64,000 bases of DNA from Micavibrio sp. (GCA_021604545.1 BQJE01000001.1:43444-107443); one strand, 5' to 3'; shown: positions 1 to 8,919, counted from the stretch's first letter. The notes: generated by a model not told the origin, from the sequence alone. A program made the numbers and translations.

Positions 1-281
1 AACCAACTATAACACTGAAACAAGTCGCGGCAGAGCTTGCGGACAAGCATGACATGTCAAAGAAGGACACAACTGAGCTTCTCGAAGGCATGGTCGATTC
101 ATTTGTTGAGCATTTACAAGGTGGGGAGCGCGTGCGCATTCCCGGTCTTGGCATTTTGCAGGTCAAGCAGATGAAAGCTCGGATGGGCCGCAATCCGGCA
201 ACCGGTGAGCAAATCCAGATCCCAGCCAAGAAGAAAGTGGCGTTCCGGATTGCAAAAGACCTGAAAGATAAGCTTCTCTAG
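1..281 (+). CDS. HU/IHF-family DNA-binding protein, 5'-truncated by the window edge
   Basis: The frame is open from position 3 (TLKQVAAELADKHDMSKKD...). The C-terminal arm motif RMGRNPATGEQIQIPAKKKVAFRIAKDLKD is typical of HU/IHF. The listed ATG at 54 is probably internal. Confidence 0.85.
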   Translation, partial: PTITLKQVAAELADKHDMSKKDTTELLEGMVDSFVEHLQGGERVRIPGLGILQVKQMKARMGRNPATGEQIQIPAKKKVAFRIAKDLKDKLL

Positions 282-303
282 GATTGACTAACAGAATTTT
301 AAA

Positions 304-337
304 AACGGCCGTCCGAAAAATGGGCGGCCGTTTTTTG
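304..337. terminator. Bidirectional rho-independent terminator between the HU gene and the convergent SIMPL gene
   Basis: The stem is acggccgtcc/ggcggccgt with a gaaaaat loop. A T-run follows on the plus strand and an A-run precedes it, giving a T-run on the minus strand. Confidence 0.75.
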
Positions 338-343
338 TTGCGC

Positions 344-1072
344 TTATTTCAAGAGCGCCTGCGCGCTGACGGTAAGAGTAATGTTGCTTTGGCCTGGTGC
401 AGCGACAGGTGCAGCCATTTTGCTATCCATCGCCATTTCTGCATGCGCCATTGTGCGCATCATTTGTGGCTGCGCGTAATGACCGCCGCCCATATCGACA
501 TTGACCTGGAGCAGATCAGCCTTTGATTTCCCAAGGGCTTTAGCGGTGCGCTCAGCCTTGGATTTGAGTTTGATCAGTGTTTCTTCCAAAAGGTTCTCGC
601 GCGTTTCCTCCATGAGATCCGGCGATACACTATAGCTCAGCCCATTCATCTTGAGGCCCATCTCCTGTAGCTCGCCGGCCAGCTCCAAAAGTTCATCGGC
701 CGTTTTGCCCTTGATCTGCAGACCCTGATTGCCGCGCCAGACACGCGGCGCATGTTTGTCACGGCGATATTCATGCACGTAATATTGCTGGGTTGAGACT
801 TTCACGCTTTTGACTTTTTTGGCCTCATCAACGGCTTTTTGCATGATCTTGTTGATCTCATCCTGCAATTCCTTGGCGCTGGTGTTTTCGGCCTCATAGC
901 GCAAATTCGCGGTCAGCAAATCCTGTTCTACTTCAACGCGCTCGGTAGCGGAAAGGCTGACCAAAGTCGCGCCTTCGGGAATATCGAGCAGGGTTTTGTA
1001 ATCCTGCGCGTTTGCGGGGGTGGGTGCGGAAAGGGGCAAAAACAGTAAAAGGGCGGCGAGTAATAGGCGCAT
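344..1072 (-). CDS. SIMPL/DUF541-family periplasmic protein (BP26/YggE-like)
   Basis: I chose the start at MRLLLAALLLFLPLSAPTPANA, a signal peptide preceded by AGGAG. The listed start at 1210 adds an unlikely basic leader. The overall pattern resembles the 26-kDa periplasmic immunogenic protein family. Confidence 0.6.
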   Translation of the reverse strand: MRLLLAALLLFLPLSAPTPANAQDYKTLLDIPEGATLVSLSATERVEVEQDLLTANLRYEAENTSAKELQDEINKIMQKAVDEAKKVKSVKVSTQQYYVHEYRRDKHAPRVWRGNQGLQIKGKTADELLELAGELQEMGLKMNGLSYSVSPDLMEETRENLLEETLIKLKSKAERTAKALGKSKADLLQVNVDMGGGHYAQPQMMRTMAHAEMAMDSKMAAPVAAPGQSNITLTVSAQALLK

Positions 1073-1356
1073 TTCGGGTCTCCTTATATATAAATGAGGG
1101 CCCAGTGTAGGCGGGGCGGGGTGTTCTGGCAACAGCGCTTTTTTCGGCTTTAATGGGGAGTAACGCTTTGTTTTTCTTTTGCTATTCGCGTTCGTCAGTT
1201 TGTTCCTCATTTTTTATGGGGGTGGGGTGGGCCTCTGTCTTTATTTTACATAATTCAAAAGCTGTTAGATTATCTCACCTTTCCTTGTTTTACCTCTCCT
1301 TTTTCCTATGATTGGGGCATAGATATTATAGGATATTTATCCTAATATGTCAAGGC

Positions 1357-1755
1357 TTAAAGCAACCCCGTGATCCAGCGGTGGAGGAAATAAGAGGCGA
1401 CGAGGCAGAGAATGCCGGTGCCGTAGAGCACCCAGAACCCACCTGGAATTTTATCGGCGATCAGGAAGGGAATGAAAAAGGTGAGCGAGAGCGGCACCGC
1501 GACAAAAATGCTGCGCGCGAATTTGACGGCGGTTGAAGGGTCTTGGTATTCGGTGTAGGAAAACGGCAGCACGAGCAGGGTCAGCAGCGGCATGGCGATG
1601 ATAAACCCGGCCAGCTCCGGCTTTTTCCCCGCCAGCCAGCTGGCGAAGGCGATCATCCCGGCGGAGAGCATGACTTTGAAGATTGTGAAGATCATGGGGG
1701 GATTGTAGCGGGTTTTGTGGGTGAGGGTAAGGAGTTTTTGAATTATAGCGGACAT
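1357..1755 (-). CDS. Small multi-pass inner-membrane protein, function unknown
   Basis: The 132-aa ORF has about four hydrophobic helices. An internal start at MIFTIFKV is possible. Confidence 0.5.
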   Translation of the reverse strand: MSAIIQKLLTLTHKTRYNPPMIFTIFKVMLSAGMIAFASWLAGKKPELAGFIIAMPLLTLLVLPFSYTEYQDPSTAVKFARSIFVAVPLSLTFFIPFLIADKIPGGFWVLYGTGILCLVASYFLHRWITGLL

Positions 1756-1811
1756 AGCGAATTTGAAACGGTGAGTGTAGAAATTTTTAGCTTTGTGCTA
1801 AAGTACAATCA

Positions 1812-2300
1812 ATGAGAATATTATTTTTAGCTTTTTTATTTGTAATATTTCTGCCTTGTCATGCAGAAGCTCTTGTGTGTTGGTATGAAGATGAAAAAGA
1901 TCGGCCTACAGTTCAGCAAATTTCTGATAAGGCAGAATTGGTTTTTACTGGTGTATTAAAAAAGAGAAAGGGGTATGGAAAGGTCTCTTCTCCTGATGTT
2001 ATTTTAATTTTTAAAGTTCTAAAAGTACACAAAGGAAATCACAAACAGTTTAATAAAATAGATGTCGGCGGCTTAATTTCTGGGGTTGGTGGATCTCAAA
2101 AATATGAAGTGGGCAGCACATACACCATTGCTGCAAGAAGTAGGAATAATGATGATAGAAACAAAGCATCCTATATGAACGTTGCTGATCTATGTGAGAT
2201 GCCTGTTATAGTTAAAGCCCACCTATCTAAAGACAATTATTCTATCGAAGAAGTTAATAATGGGGGCTGGTTCAACAAGCTAAAAGATTTTTGGGAGTAA
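1812..2300 (+). CDS. Secreted hypothetical protein (AT-rich orphan)
   Basis: It has an N-terminal signal peptide, MRILFLAFLFVIFLPCHAEA. Composition is AT-rich and I recognised no motif. Confidence 0.5.
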   Translation: MRILFLAFLFVIFLPCHAEALVCWYEDEKDRPTVQQISDKAELVFTGVLKKRKGYGKVSSPDVILIFKVLKVHKGNHKQFNKIDVGGLISGVGGSQKYEVGSTYTIAARSRNNDDRNKASYMNVADLCEMPVIVKAHLSKDNYSIEEVNNGGWFNKLKDFWE

Positions 2301-2306
2301 CTCTAA

Positions 2307-2345
2307 CGTCACTTTCCATCACCCATCTTGAGCGCGGCAATCCAC
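2307..2345 (-). pseudogene. Ghost copy of the last ~10 codons of lepA
   Basis: 32 of 39 nt match lepA 3008-3046. On the minus strand it still reads AALKMGDGK*, against AALKMGDEK* in lepA. Confidence 0.7.
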
Positions 2346-2360
2346 TGACACAAGAAAAGT

Positions 2361-2393
2361 CTGGATTTCTTCGCCTTAGGCTCGCAATGACGG
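2361..2393. repeat. REP-like dispersed repeat ending in ...ctcgcaatgacgg
   Basis: ctggatttcttcgccttaggctcgcaatgacgg is related to the copies at 2854-2894, 2924-2970 and 56396-56433. Confidence 0.6.
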
Positions 2394-2416
2394 ATACCAA
2401 GCGCTGCAAACCAAAG

Positions 2417-2809
2417 TCATAAAAAATTCAAGTAGGCAAAGATCAATATTAAAACCACACTAACGATAGAACTAAGTGCTGATAATATTATCAGTGTATG
2501 AATGCGCCCTTCTTTATTGCTTGTAGAGCCATCAATTTCAGGTTTTGTTTTAACGATATTATTGTAATAGTTATATGTAAGCTCTAATCCTAAGAATAAT
2601 CCTACAACCACCAGAATAATAGATATAAGAACCAATATCCATCCAAATACTAAAATGCAGATTCCTGATGTGATATGGTTTTCTTTAAGTAGGCTTAACA
2701 TGCCAATGCTAAAAACCAGAGCCGAGGAAGAAAACGTAACAAGTAGCTTCACAGTAAATAAATGAAGTTCATACATCTTGTTTCTAAGAAAGATTTCTTT
2801 ATCATTCAT
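2417..2809 (-). CDS. Hypothetical four-helix membrane protein (AT-rich orphan)
   Basis: The 130-aa ORF is highly hydrophobic. It lies between the lepA 3' end and its ghost copy. Confidence 0.45.
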   Translation of the reverse strand: MNDKEIFLRNKMYELHLFTVKLLVTFSSSALVFSIGMLSLLKENHITSGICILVFGWILVLISIILVVVGLFLGLELTYNYYNNIVKTKPEIDGSTSNKEGRIHTLIILSALSSIVSVVLILIFAYLNFL

Positions 2810-2853
2810 GTTCTGTTTCCTCCGCGTTCTCTGCGTCTCTGCGATTTAATTAA

Positions 2854-2970
2854 CCAGATCCTACGTCGCCTTTCAGGCTCCTCAGGATGACAGGTTGGCT
2901 AAGCGGCAAAGCCGCGTAAGCAAGGAGATCCTTCGGCTTCGTGCCTTCGGCACTTCGCTCAGGATGACGG
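2854..2970. repeat. Two tandem REP-like repeats (...ctcaggatgac[a/g]gg) with an intervening small hairpin
   Basis: 2854-2894 reads ccagatcctacgtcgcctttcaggctcctcaggatgacagg. 2924-2970 reads ggagatccttcggcttcgtgccttcggcacttcgctcaggatgacgg. The hairpin gcggcaaagccgc sits between them, and a ctctgcgtctctgcg motif lies at 2829-2843. Confidence 0.6.
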
Positions 2971-3009
2971 ATTGCTAAATTCGCGCAAGGGCGCTCATTA
3001 AGAAATCCG

Positions 3010-4818
3010 TCACTTTTCATCCCCCATCTTTAGCGCCGCGATAAACGCGCTTTGTGGGATTTCGACATTGCCGTATTGGCGCATCTTTTTCTTACCTTTT
3101 TTCTGTTTCTCGAGTAGCTTTTTCTTTCGCGTGATGTCGCCGCCGTAGCATTTCGCTGTGACGTCTTTGCGCATAGCGCTCACGTTTTCGCGGGCGATGA
3201 TTTTGCCGCCGATCGCCGCCTGGATGGCGATTTTAAACATCTGGCGTGGGATGAGGTCTTTCAGCCTTTCGCAGAGGTGACGGCCGCGGCGCTCGGCTTG
3301 TGAGCGGTGGACGATCATCGCCAGCGCATCCACCGGTTCGTCATTGACGCGGATGTCGAGCTTGATCAGGTCATTTTCGGCGTAGCCGTCGAGCTCGTAA
3401 TCGAAGCTGGCATAGCCTTTGGAGATGGATTTGAGGCGGTCGTAAAAATCAAACACGACTTCATTGAGCGGCAGGCGGTAGACCAGCATCGCCCGCGCGC
3501 CGGCATAGGTGAGCTCGATCTGGCTGCCGCGGCGTTCCTCGCACAATGTCAGCAAGCCACCGAGAAATTCATCGGGGGTGAGAATGGTCGCCTTGATCCA
3601 CGGTTCCTCTATATGTTCGATATGGGTCGGGTCGGGCATGTCGACGGGGTTGTAGAGCTCGGTCATGCCGCCCTTCATGTCATAGATTTGATAGACAACG
3701 CTCGGCGCGGTCGGGATGAGGTCGAGGTCAAATTCACGCGCCAGCCGTTCCTGTATGATTTCCATGTGCAAAAGGCCGAGAAAGCCGCAGCGAAATCCCA
3801 TGCCGAGCGCCTGTGAGCTTTCGGCCTCGAAATGCAGGGAGGCATCGTTGAGCGCGAGGCGCGAAAGGGAATCTTTTAGTTTCTCGTATTCGCCGTTGTC
3901 GATGGGGTAGAAGGAGCAAAACACCATCGGCACGGAGGGTTTGAATCCGGTCAGCGCCGTTTCGCATTGGTATTTTTCATCGGTGATGGTGTCGCCGACT
4001 TGGGTGTCGGAAATTTCCTTGATGCCGGCGGTGATAAAGCCCATCTCGCCGGGGCCGAGTTCGTCGAGCATGACGTGCTTGGGCGTGAAGATACCAACGC
4101 GGTCAATGTCGCGGGTGGCGCCGGTATTCATGAAGCGGATTTTCTGGCCCTTTTTGAGGGTGCCGTCAATGACGCGGACGAGGATGACGACGCCGAGATA
4201 TGAGTCGTACCAGCTATCGACAAGGAGGGCTTTGGTTGGGGCTTCGGTGTCGCCTTTGGGTGGTGGTAGCTTGGTGATGATGGCCTCGAGCAGATCATCA
4301 ATGCCTTCGCCGGTTTTGCCGGAGCAGGGGATGGCTTCAGACGCATCAAGGCCGATCACGTCCTCGACTTCTTTTTTGGCGGCTTCGATGTCTGCGGCGG
4401 GGAGATCGATTTTATTTATGACCGGCACGATGTCGTGGTTGTTGTCGATGGCCTGATACACATTGGCCAGCGTTTGTGCTTCGACGCCCTGGGTGGAGTC
4501 AACGACGAGCAGGGAGCCTTCGCAACTGGCGAGGCTGCGCGAGACTTCGTATGAGAAATCAACATGGCCGGGTGTGTCCATGAGGTTTAATTGGTATTCG
4601 ATGCCGTCTTTGGCTTTGTAGGTGAGGCGGACGGTCTGGGCCTTGATGGTGATGCCGCGCTCTTGCTCGAGCTCCATGTTGTCGAGGACTTGTTCGGTCA
4701 TCTCGCGTGCTTCGAGCCCGCCACAGGTCTGGATGAGGCGGTCGGCCAGCGTCGACTTGCCGTGGTCGATATGGGCGATAATCGCGAAATTGCGGATATG
4801 TTCGAGTGGTTTGGACAT
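3010..4818 (-). CDS. lepA: Elongation factor 4 (translational GTPase LepA)
   Basis: It has the G-domain motifs [14 protein letters not shown] and NKID. The LepA-specific C-terminus is full length at 602 aa. Confidence 0.97.
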   Translation of the reverse strand: MSKPLEHIRNFAIIAHIDHGKSTLADRLIQTCGGLEAREMTEQVLDNMELEQERGITIKAQTVRLTYKAKDGIEYQLNLMDTPGHVDFSYEVSRSLASCEGSLLVVDSTQGVEAQTLANVYQAIDNNHDIVPVINKIDLPAADIEAAKKEVEDVIGLDASEAIPCSGKTGEGIDDLLEAIITKLPPPKGDTEAPTKALLVDSWYDSYLGVVILVRVIDGTLKKGQKIRFMNTGATRDIDRVGIFTPKHVMLDELGPGEMGFITAGIKEISDTQVGDTITDEKYQCETALTGFKPSVPMVFCSFYPIDNGEYEKLKDSLSRLALNDASLHFEAESSQALGMGFRCGFLGLLHMEIIQERLAREFDLDLIPTAPSVVYQIYDMKGGMTELYNPVDMPDPTHIEHIEEPWIKATILTPDEFLGGLLTLCEERRGSQIELTYAGARAMLVYRLPLNEVVFDFYDRLKSISKGYASFDYELDGYAENDLIKLDIRVNDEPVDALAMIVHRSQAERRGRHLCERLKDLIPRQMFKIAIQAAIGGKIIARENVSAMRKDVTAKCYGGDITRKKKLLEKQKKGKKKMRQYGNVEIPQSAFIAALKMGDEK

Positions 4819-4895
4819 TAAGCGTTTTTACATGATCGAACGCTTTATGCCAACCAAAGATTGATCCGGATGTGGGCAAGGGGTTATCATGAGAC

Positions 4896-5366
4896 ATGAG
4901 CGAAGAGAAGAATCCTGAAAAGGTCAAAAAGAAGAAGAAAGAGAAAAAGCCGGAAGTGCCGGTTATTTTGCCACCGGCTTTCTGGTTGGCTCTGTTGGCG
5001 CTGCCGGTTTTGTACGCCCTGGGAGCCTATATTTTTCGTGATGATGAGCCGCTGCCGCCGGAAAATCAGGTGGTGGTAGTACAGGAGCCAGCCCCCTCTG
5101 CCACGCCTTCATCATCCAGAGCCAGATATTCGTCGAGACGGAGAAAGGCTGAAGTACAAACAATATCAGCGGAACAGGTGAAGGCCTGTGCCTTTGATGA
5201 CTGGATCGGAAGACCGGTTAAAGCAAATCTTTTAAGGCGGAGCGGCTTTGCTTACCGGCTTATTTCAGCCGGATATGGTGATACGGTAAGGCCCACCGGT
5301 GATCCCATGGCCCTGAACGTTGAAGTGGGGGAAGGGAATATCGTCACCAAGGTTTGGTGTGGCTAG
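4896..5366 (+). CDS. Membrane-anchored protein with a C-terminal peptidase-inhibitor I78-like domain
   Basis: It has a Lys-rich N-terminus and one transmembrane helix. The C-terminus C..DDWIG...YRLISAGYGDTV...ALNVEVGEGNIVTKVWCG fits the I78 pattern (C...G...R.I.PG..T.D...LN..V....I..V.CG). Confidence 0.5.
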   Translation: MSEEKNPEKVKKKKKEKKPEVPVILPPAFWLALLALPVLYALGAYIFRDDEPLPPENQVVVVQEPAPSATPSSSRARYSSRRRKAEVQTISAEQVKACAFDDWIGRPVKANLLRRSGFAYRLISAGYGDTVRPTGDPMALNVEVGEGNIVTKVWCG

Positions 5367-5532
5367 ATTCCGTCTGCATTCTTCGATAAATAGGCTGCAC
5401 CCAAACGTTTGATGCGCTTCCGGTTCGCATGTATGTAGAATACATTTACGCTTCCGGTTCTCGAAACGTTTGTATTGGCTGCGCCGACCCTGCGGGTTCG
5501 CCGTATTTCTCTTTGAATGCAGACGGAATCTA
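5364..5532. mobile_element. MITE-like palindromic element of ~169 bp with perfect 18-bp terminal inverted repeats
   Basis: tagattccgtctgcattc at 5364-5381 is the reverse complement of 5515-5532. Internally there is a direct repeat cgcttccggttc x2, two aaacgttt palindromes and a central atgtat/atacat hairpin. Confidence 0.55.
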
Positions 5533-5576
5533 AAGCGGTTGATCCACAATTAAATGCAGTTGCTTGAGAGATGGTG

Positions 5577-5729
5577 TTAGGCGCTAGGGAGCGGTGAATT
5601 TGTTGAGGGAACTGGATTGGTGCCTGCTTCCAGTTTTTTACCGAAAGAAGGTGTTTCAGTCACATTCGTACCATCACACATCACACAGTGATTGAACGTC
5701 GTTTTTACATCCATTATTGGGTTTGTCAT
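5577..5729 (-). CDS. Unlisted 50-aa ORF at the distal end of the orphan operon
   Basis: My hand translation is MTNPIMDVKTTFNHCVMCDGTNVTETPSFGKKLEAGTNPVPSTNSPLPSA*. GAGGA lies 8 nt upstream of the ATG. One of the three ATTAC-N7-CCGTTT motif copies precedes it. Confidence 0.4.
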   Translation of the reverse strand: MTNPIMDVKTTFNHCVMCDGTNVTETPSFGKKLEAGTNPVPSTNSPLPSA

Positions 5730-5807
5730 TTCACACATCCTCTATTTTAAGGTTACACACATTACACATTTGCCGTTTTTTATTTATCGCCCACTTATGC
5801 GGGTCTC

Positions 5808-6185
5808 TTAGTCTCGTCGAATAATTAGCGGTATATAATTTCCTTCTTTTGCTTCGCCCGTTACATCATCCAACAAAACCATTAGTATCTGGTGAGAGTT
5901 TTGCATATGTTTTGCGACATCTTCTTTTAGTGGTATTCCGAGGTCGCGTATCTCTCCATCATCCAGTACAAAATCCAGTTCGTTTGTTCCCAAATCAAAT
6001 TCCAGCCATGATAGTTCGTTTTTAAAGGGTTTGTTGTGGAACAATACAACACGCCCGTCTTCTTTTATGGCCACCTCCATAAACAGAGGTTCGTCTTTGC
6101 TGGCCCCGCCGTAAACAAAATCACTTATGATCCCGGTGGGTGGACGTTCAGGTTGTGGATCAGTTTTTTCAGTCATGGGGCTCAT
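5808..6185 (-). CDS. Small acidic hypothetical protein, paralog of the 153-aa neighbour
   Basis: It is 125 aa and rich in Asp/Glu. It shares the pattern G..v.FH..p....l..LE.D......V..DG...DLG with 6284-6745. Confidence 0.6.
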   Translation of the reverse strand: MSPMTEKTDPQPERPPTGIISDFVYGGASKDEPLFMEVAIKEDGRVVLFHNKPFKNELSWLEFDLGTNELDFVLDDGEIRDLGIPLKEDVAKHMQNSHQILMVLLDDVTGEAKEGNYIPLIIRRD

Positions 6186-6283
6186 TATAAGCCCGTTTTA
6201 ATCCTGTGAACACCCTTATATTTCCTTATATATTCTAACATATTGCCGTCTTCCGGCGCAAAATTCGCGCCCACTTTTTTGCC

Positions 6284-6745
6284 TTAATTATCTCCGTCTT
6301 TGCCCTTTACAGTCATGGGCACTTCAATGCCGTCAATTGACTCGCCATTCTTCGTTTTAACGATGAAAACCTGCTTGGCTTTCGAGAAGTACGGACGAAC
6401 CAGCCACTGGATTTTAACGCCCAGATCAAGATTCAACCCATCTTTTGTTACGACATTGACGCGGTATTTTTCCGGGTCGTATTCCAGCCGTTCAACATTA
6501 TGAGGCAGATCGGGGCCGTGAAAGATGTATGTTTCACCGGTAATTTTATTTACATAGATGTCAAAATCATCAGGCGTGAAAAAGGCTTTGGCATCCGAAC
6601 CGTCGGAGCTCCAATCATCTTTCATAGAGCCTTCAGAGCCCTGATTTTCGTCTGTATCATCTTCTGTCATGAACGAATTCGCCAGAATGGCCCTCTTGGA
6701 TAAGGAAAAAGATGCTGCTTGCACATATTTTCCAGTTAAAATCAT
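6284..6745 (-). CDS. Small acidic hypothetical protein, paralog of the 125-aa neighbour
   Basis: It is 153 aa, or 128 aa if it starts at MTEDDTDENQ (6670). The core is shared with 5808-6185. Confidence 0.6.
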   Translation of the reverse strand: MILTGKYVQAASFSLSKRAILANSFMTEDDTDENQGSEGSMKDDWSSDGSDAKAFFTPDDFDIYVNKITGETYIFHGPDLPHNVERLEYDPEKYRVNVVTKDGLNLDLGVKIQWLVRPYFSKAKQVFIVKTKNGESIDGIEVPMTVKGKDGDN

Positions 6746-6808
6746 ACCATTCCCCAGTTTAAGGATAAAGCCATTCCTGTAATATTTTTATGTATATTCA
6801 TGGCTATC

Positions 6809-8893
6809 CTATGCTGCCGTTGTTTTGGTTACGCCCAATTTCGGGGTTTGTGCCTGATTGGCATCCAGGACGGCTGCAAACTGTACAACAGTTTTGTCTG
6901 GCTGCTCATCGTCGTTTCCATGCGGGGTAGACTCGATACCACCCATTTTTTTATTGTTGCCATGGGCGTCTTGTGCCATCGCAAATTCTATCGGCATATT
7001 ATTACCCTTGCCAATAAGCGCGATGCCGCCACTGATATTGCTTGTATCAACATGCTTGTTGGTTCCCTGTGTCGCATGGGAAGAAGCTAGTTTTAATTCT
7101 GCGGCCGTTGCTTTTGATGTAACGTTTAACGCAAAGTTTTGGTACTCATTGGCTGGTGCGCCGCCGTCGTGAGGCTGTTCAGTTGCGGAACCCCCCATGG
7201 CCAATTCTTGTACCTTAATCTCTTCGCCTTTTCCTTTTATCATGATTTTTGCGACCGTCTGTGTTTTTGCGGTATCAGATATAGACGCAACATTTGTCGG
7301 ATCATAACCTGCCGGTAGAGAAACGTCAGGAATATGGCGCGTTGTTCCCTTGCTGACTTGTGCGGCATGTTTGGTATCCATGCTGCCTTCTATCATTTTG
7401 GCACCAACCAGAAGTGTGCCGATAAAGAGAGCCACATTTAAAATGCCTTGCGTACCCCAGGGCATATTGTTGCTGATCCAGCTGCCGATTGTTTTATAAG
7501 CCAGAATGGCTGCCAGAAGTCCGCCAGCGCCTTTTGCTATGCTTTGGGCTGTCGTTCCTTCCCTGCCGTTCCAGATGCGGGAGAGGTAATTTTTACCTCT
7601 TGTATAAAGCGAGCCGGAGCTATTGGAGAAAATTCCACCCAAGCTTTGGCCAAGGCCGTGGAGTGAGCCACCCTTTCTTAATTCCAGAGGCGCCATGCCG
7701 CCGCCTTTGCCATCATCCCATGCATTTGAAGCGCCTTCACTGTAGTTTTCTAATTTAAGGTCATAGGTTAGTTTCTGCGCTTTTTTAACGGCGTCATTTG
7801 CGCGCGCTGTCTGGAGGGGTGTTTTTCTTGCGTTTTTCAGGGCTTCTTCTTTCTCCCTGACCTCATCCAGAGTTTTTGCATCTGCGTTGTTATTAATGGC
7901 TTCTCTTTTTTCTTCCTCAAGGTCTGCCAATGCTGTTTCGATGTTAGCCAGGTTTGTCTTTATGGTGCCAATGATCTCGCTTGCTTTTTTAAGCTTATTG
8001 TTCACCTGATCGTCGCGCGCTTTTTCGCTTACAGAATGTTCTGTCTGCTCTGCGATAAGAGCATCTTTTGCGGCTTTGATTTTATCTTTCGTTTCCGGTG
8101 TGAAGTGTTGAGTTTTTGCTGTTTCTTCAACCGCTTTCAGAGCCTTAATCATCTCCGTGATTTTACCTTGCCTTAGTTCCTCGTTGGCTTCGATTTTCGT
8201 AAATTTAACCCGCAGTGTATAGGCATCTTCCCTGGCTGTTTTTGCCTTTTTGGTGTCTGGTTTGGGCAGTGCCTTTTTTAGTTCACGAATAACCGTGTTG
8301 ATCTCGCCGATGAAAACCTGCTTATCGCCGAGCCTGACCAAAAGTTTTTTCGCCTCTTCCAGATCCTTAATTTCCTTGTCGATGTCTATCTTGTCTAGTA
8401 TGACCTGGTTCTGGGTGGGGGCTGCAGGTTGGCCGGGGGTGGCGGCTACCCCTGGTGCTGCAGGAACTGTTTTATTTTGTATATTTGCTAGTCTGTCAGC
8501 GACTGTTGCTGCCTGCAACATATCTTCCATCTTGTCGCTGCCATATTGAATAAGTCTCCGGCCCTCTACGGCAGCGACACTATATGCATGTCCCGGACCC
8601 ATCTTTTTTTCAATTTTCAAAAAGAAGTCAGTTAATCTCGCCGGACCAGTGCTCATAAAAGATTTTGTGTATTTCTCCATTAGATCACGATCAATATTGA
8701 TATGTTTGTCAGCCAGGGCGAGGGCGTCATCAATATTTGCGCTGGTGGCACTTTTAAGAGATTCAATGATAATTTTTGTTAGCTGTGCAACATCGTTTTG
8801 GCCAATTGTAAATAGCATCAATGAAAGCGGTTCACCTTCTGCGATGAGCTTGTCTTTAGCGTCTATTTGGCTTTGTGTTAGTGTGTTGTTCAT
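6809..8893 (-). CDS. 694-aa orphan protein with a long coiled-coil region and a bilobed hydrophobic hairpin
   Basis: Residues ~170-400 are K/E/A-rich heptad-like sequence. The hydrophobic hairpin is GAGGLLAAILAYKTIGSWISNNMPWGTQGILNVALFIGTLLVGAKMI. The RBS is AGAGGGA. I recognised no enzymatic motif. Confidence 0.7.
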   Translation of the reverse strand: MNNTLTQSQIDAKDKLIAEGEPLSLMLFTIGQNDVAQLTKIIIESLKSATSANIDDALALADKHINIDRDLMEKYTKSFMSTGPARLTDFFLKIEKKMGPGHAYSVAAVEGRRLIQYGSDKMEDMLQAATVADRLANIQNKTVPAAPGVAATPGQPAAPTQNQVILDKIDIDKEIKDLEEAKKLLVRLGDKQVFIGEINTVIRELKKALPKPDTKKAKTAREDAYTLRVKFTKIEANEELRQGKITEMIKALKAVEETAKTQHFTPETKDKIKAAKDALIAEQTEHSVSEKARDDQVNNKLKKASEIIGTIKTNLANIETALADLEEEKREAINNNADAKTLDEVREKEEALKNARKTPLQTARANDAVKKAQKLTYDLKLENYSEGASNAWDDGKGGGMAPLELRKGGSLHGLGQSLGGIFSNSSGSLYTRGKNYLSRIWNGREGTTAQSIAKGAGGLLAAILAYKTIGSWISNNMPWGTQGILNVALFIGTLLVGAKMIEGSMDTKHAAQVSKGTTRHIPDVSLPAGYDPTNVASISDTAKTQTVAKIMIKGKGEEIKVQELAMGGSATEQPHDGGAPANEYQNFALNVTSKATAAELKLASSHATQGTNKHVDTSNISGGIALIGKGNNMPIEFAMAQDAHGNNKKMGGIESTPHGNDDEQPDKTVVQFAAVLDANQAQTPKLGVTKTTAA

Positions 8894-8919
8894 TTTATTT
8901 CCCTCTATTTTTTTTGGTT

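Noticed and set aside
1140-1165. tttaatggggagtaacgc upstream of the SIMPL gene as a CtrA box.
   Set aside because: The second half-site is GTAAC/TAACG rather than TTAAC, whichever spacer is used. It is too degenerate to report.
5265-5549. A 94-aa minus-strand ORF across the palindromic element.
   Set aside because: It runs through the inverted repeats and into the end of the I78-like gene. It has no RBS and is best explained as chance in a structured non-coding element.
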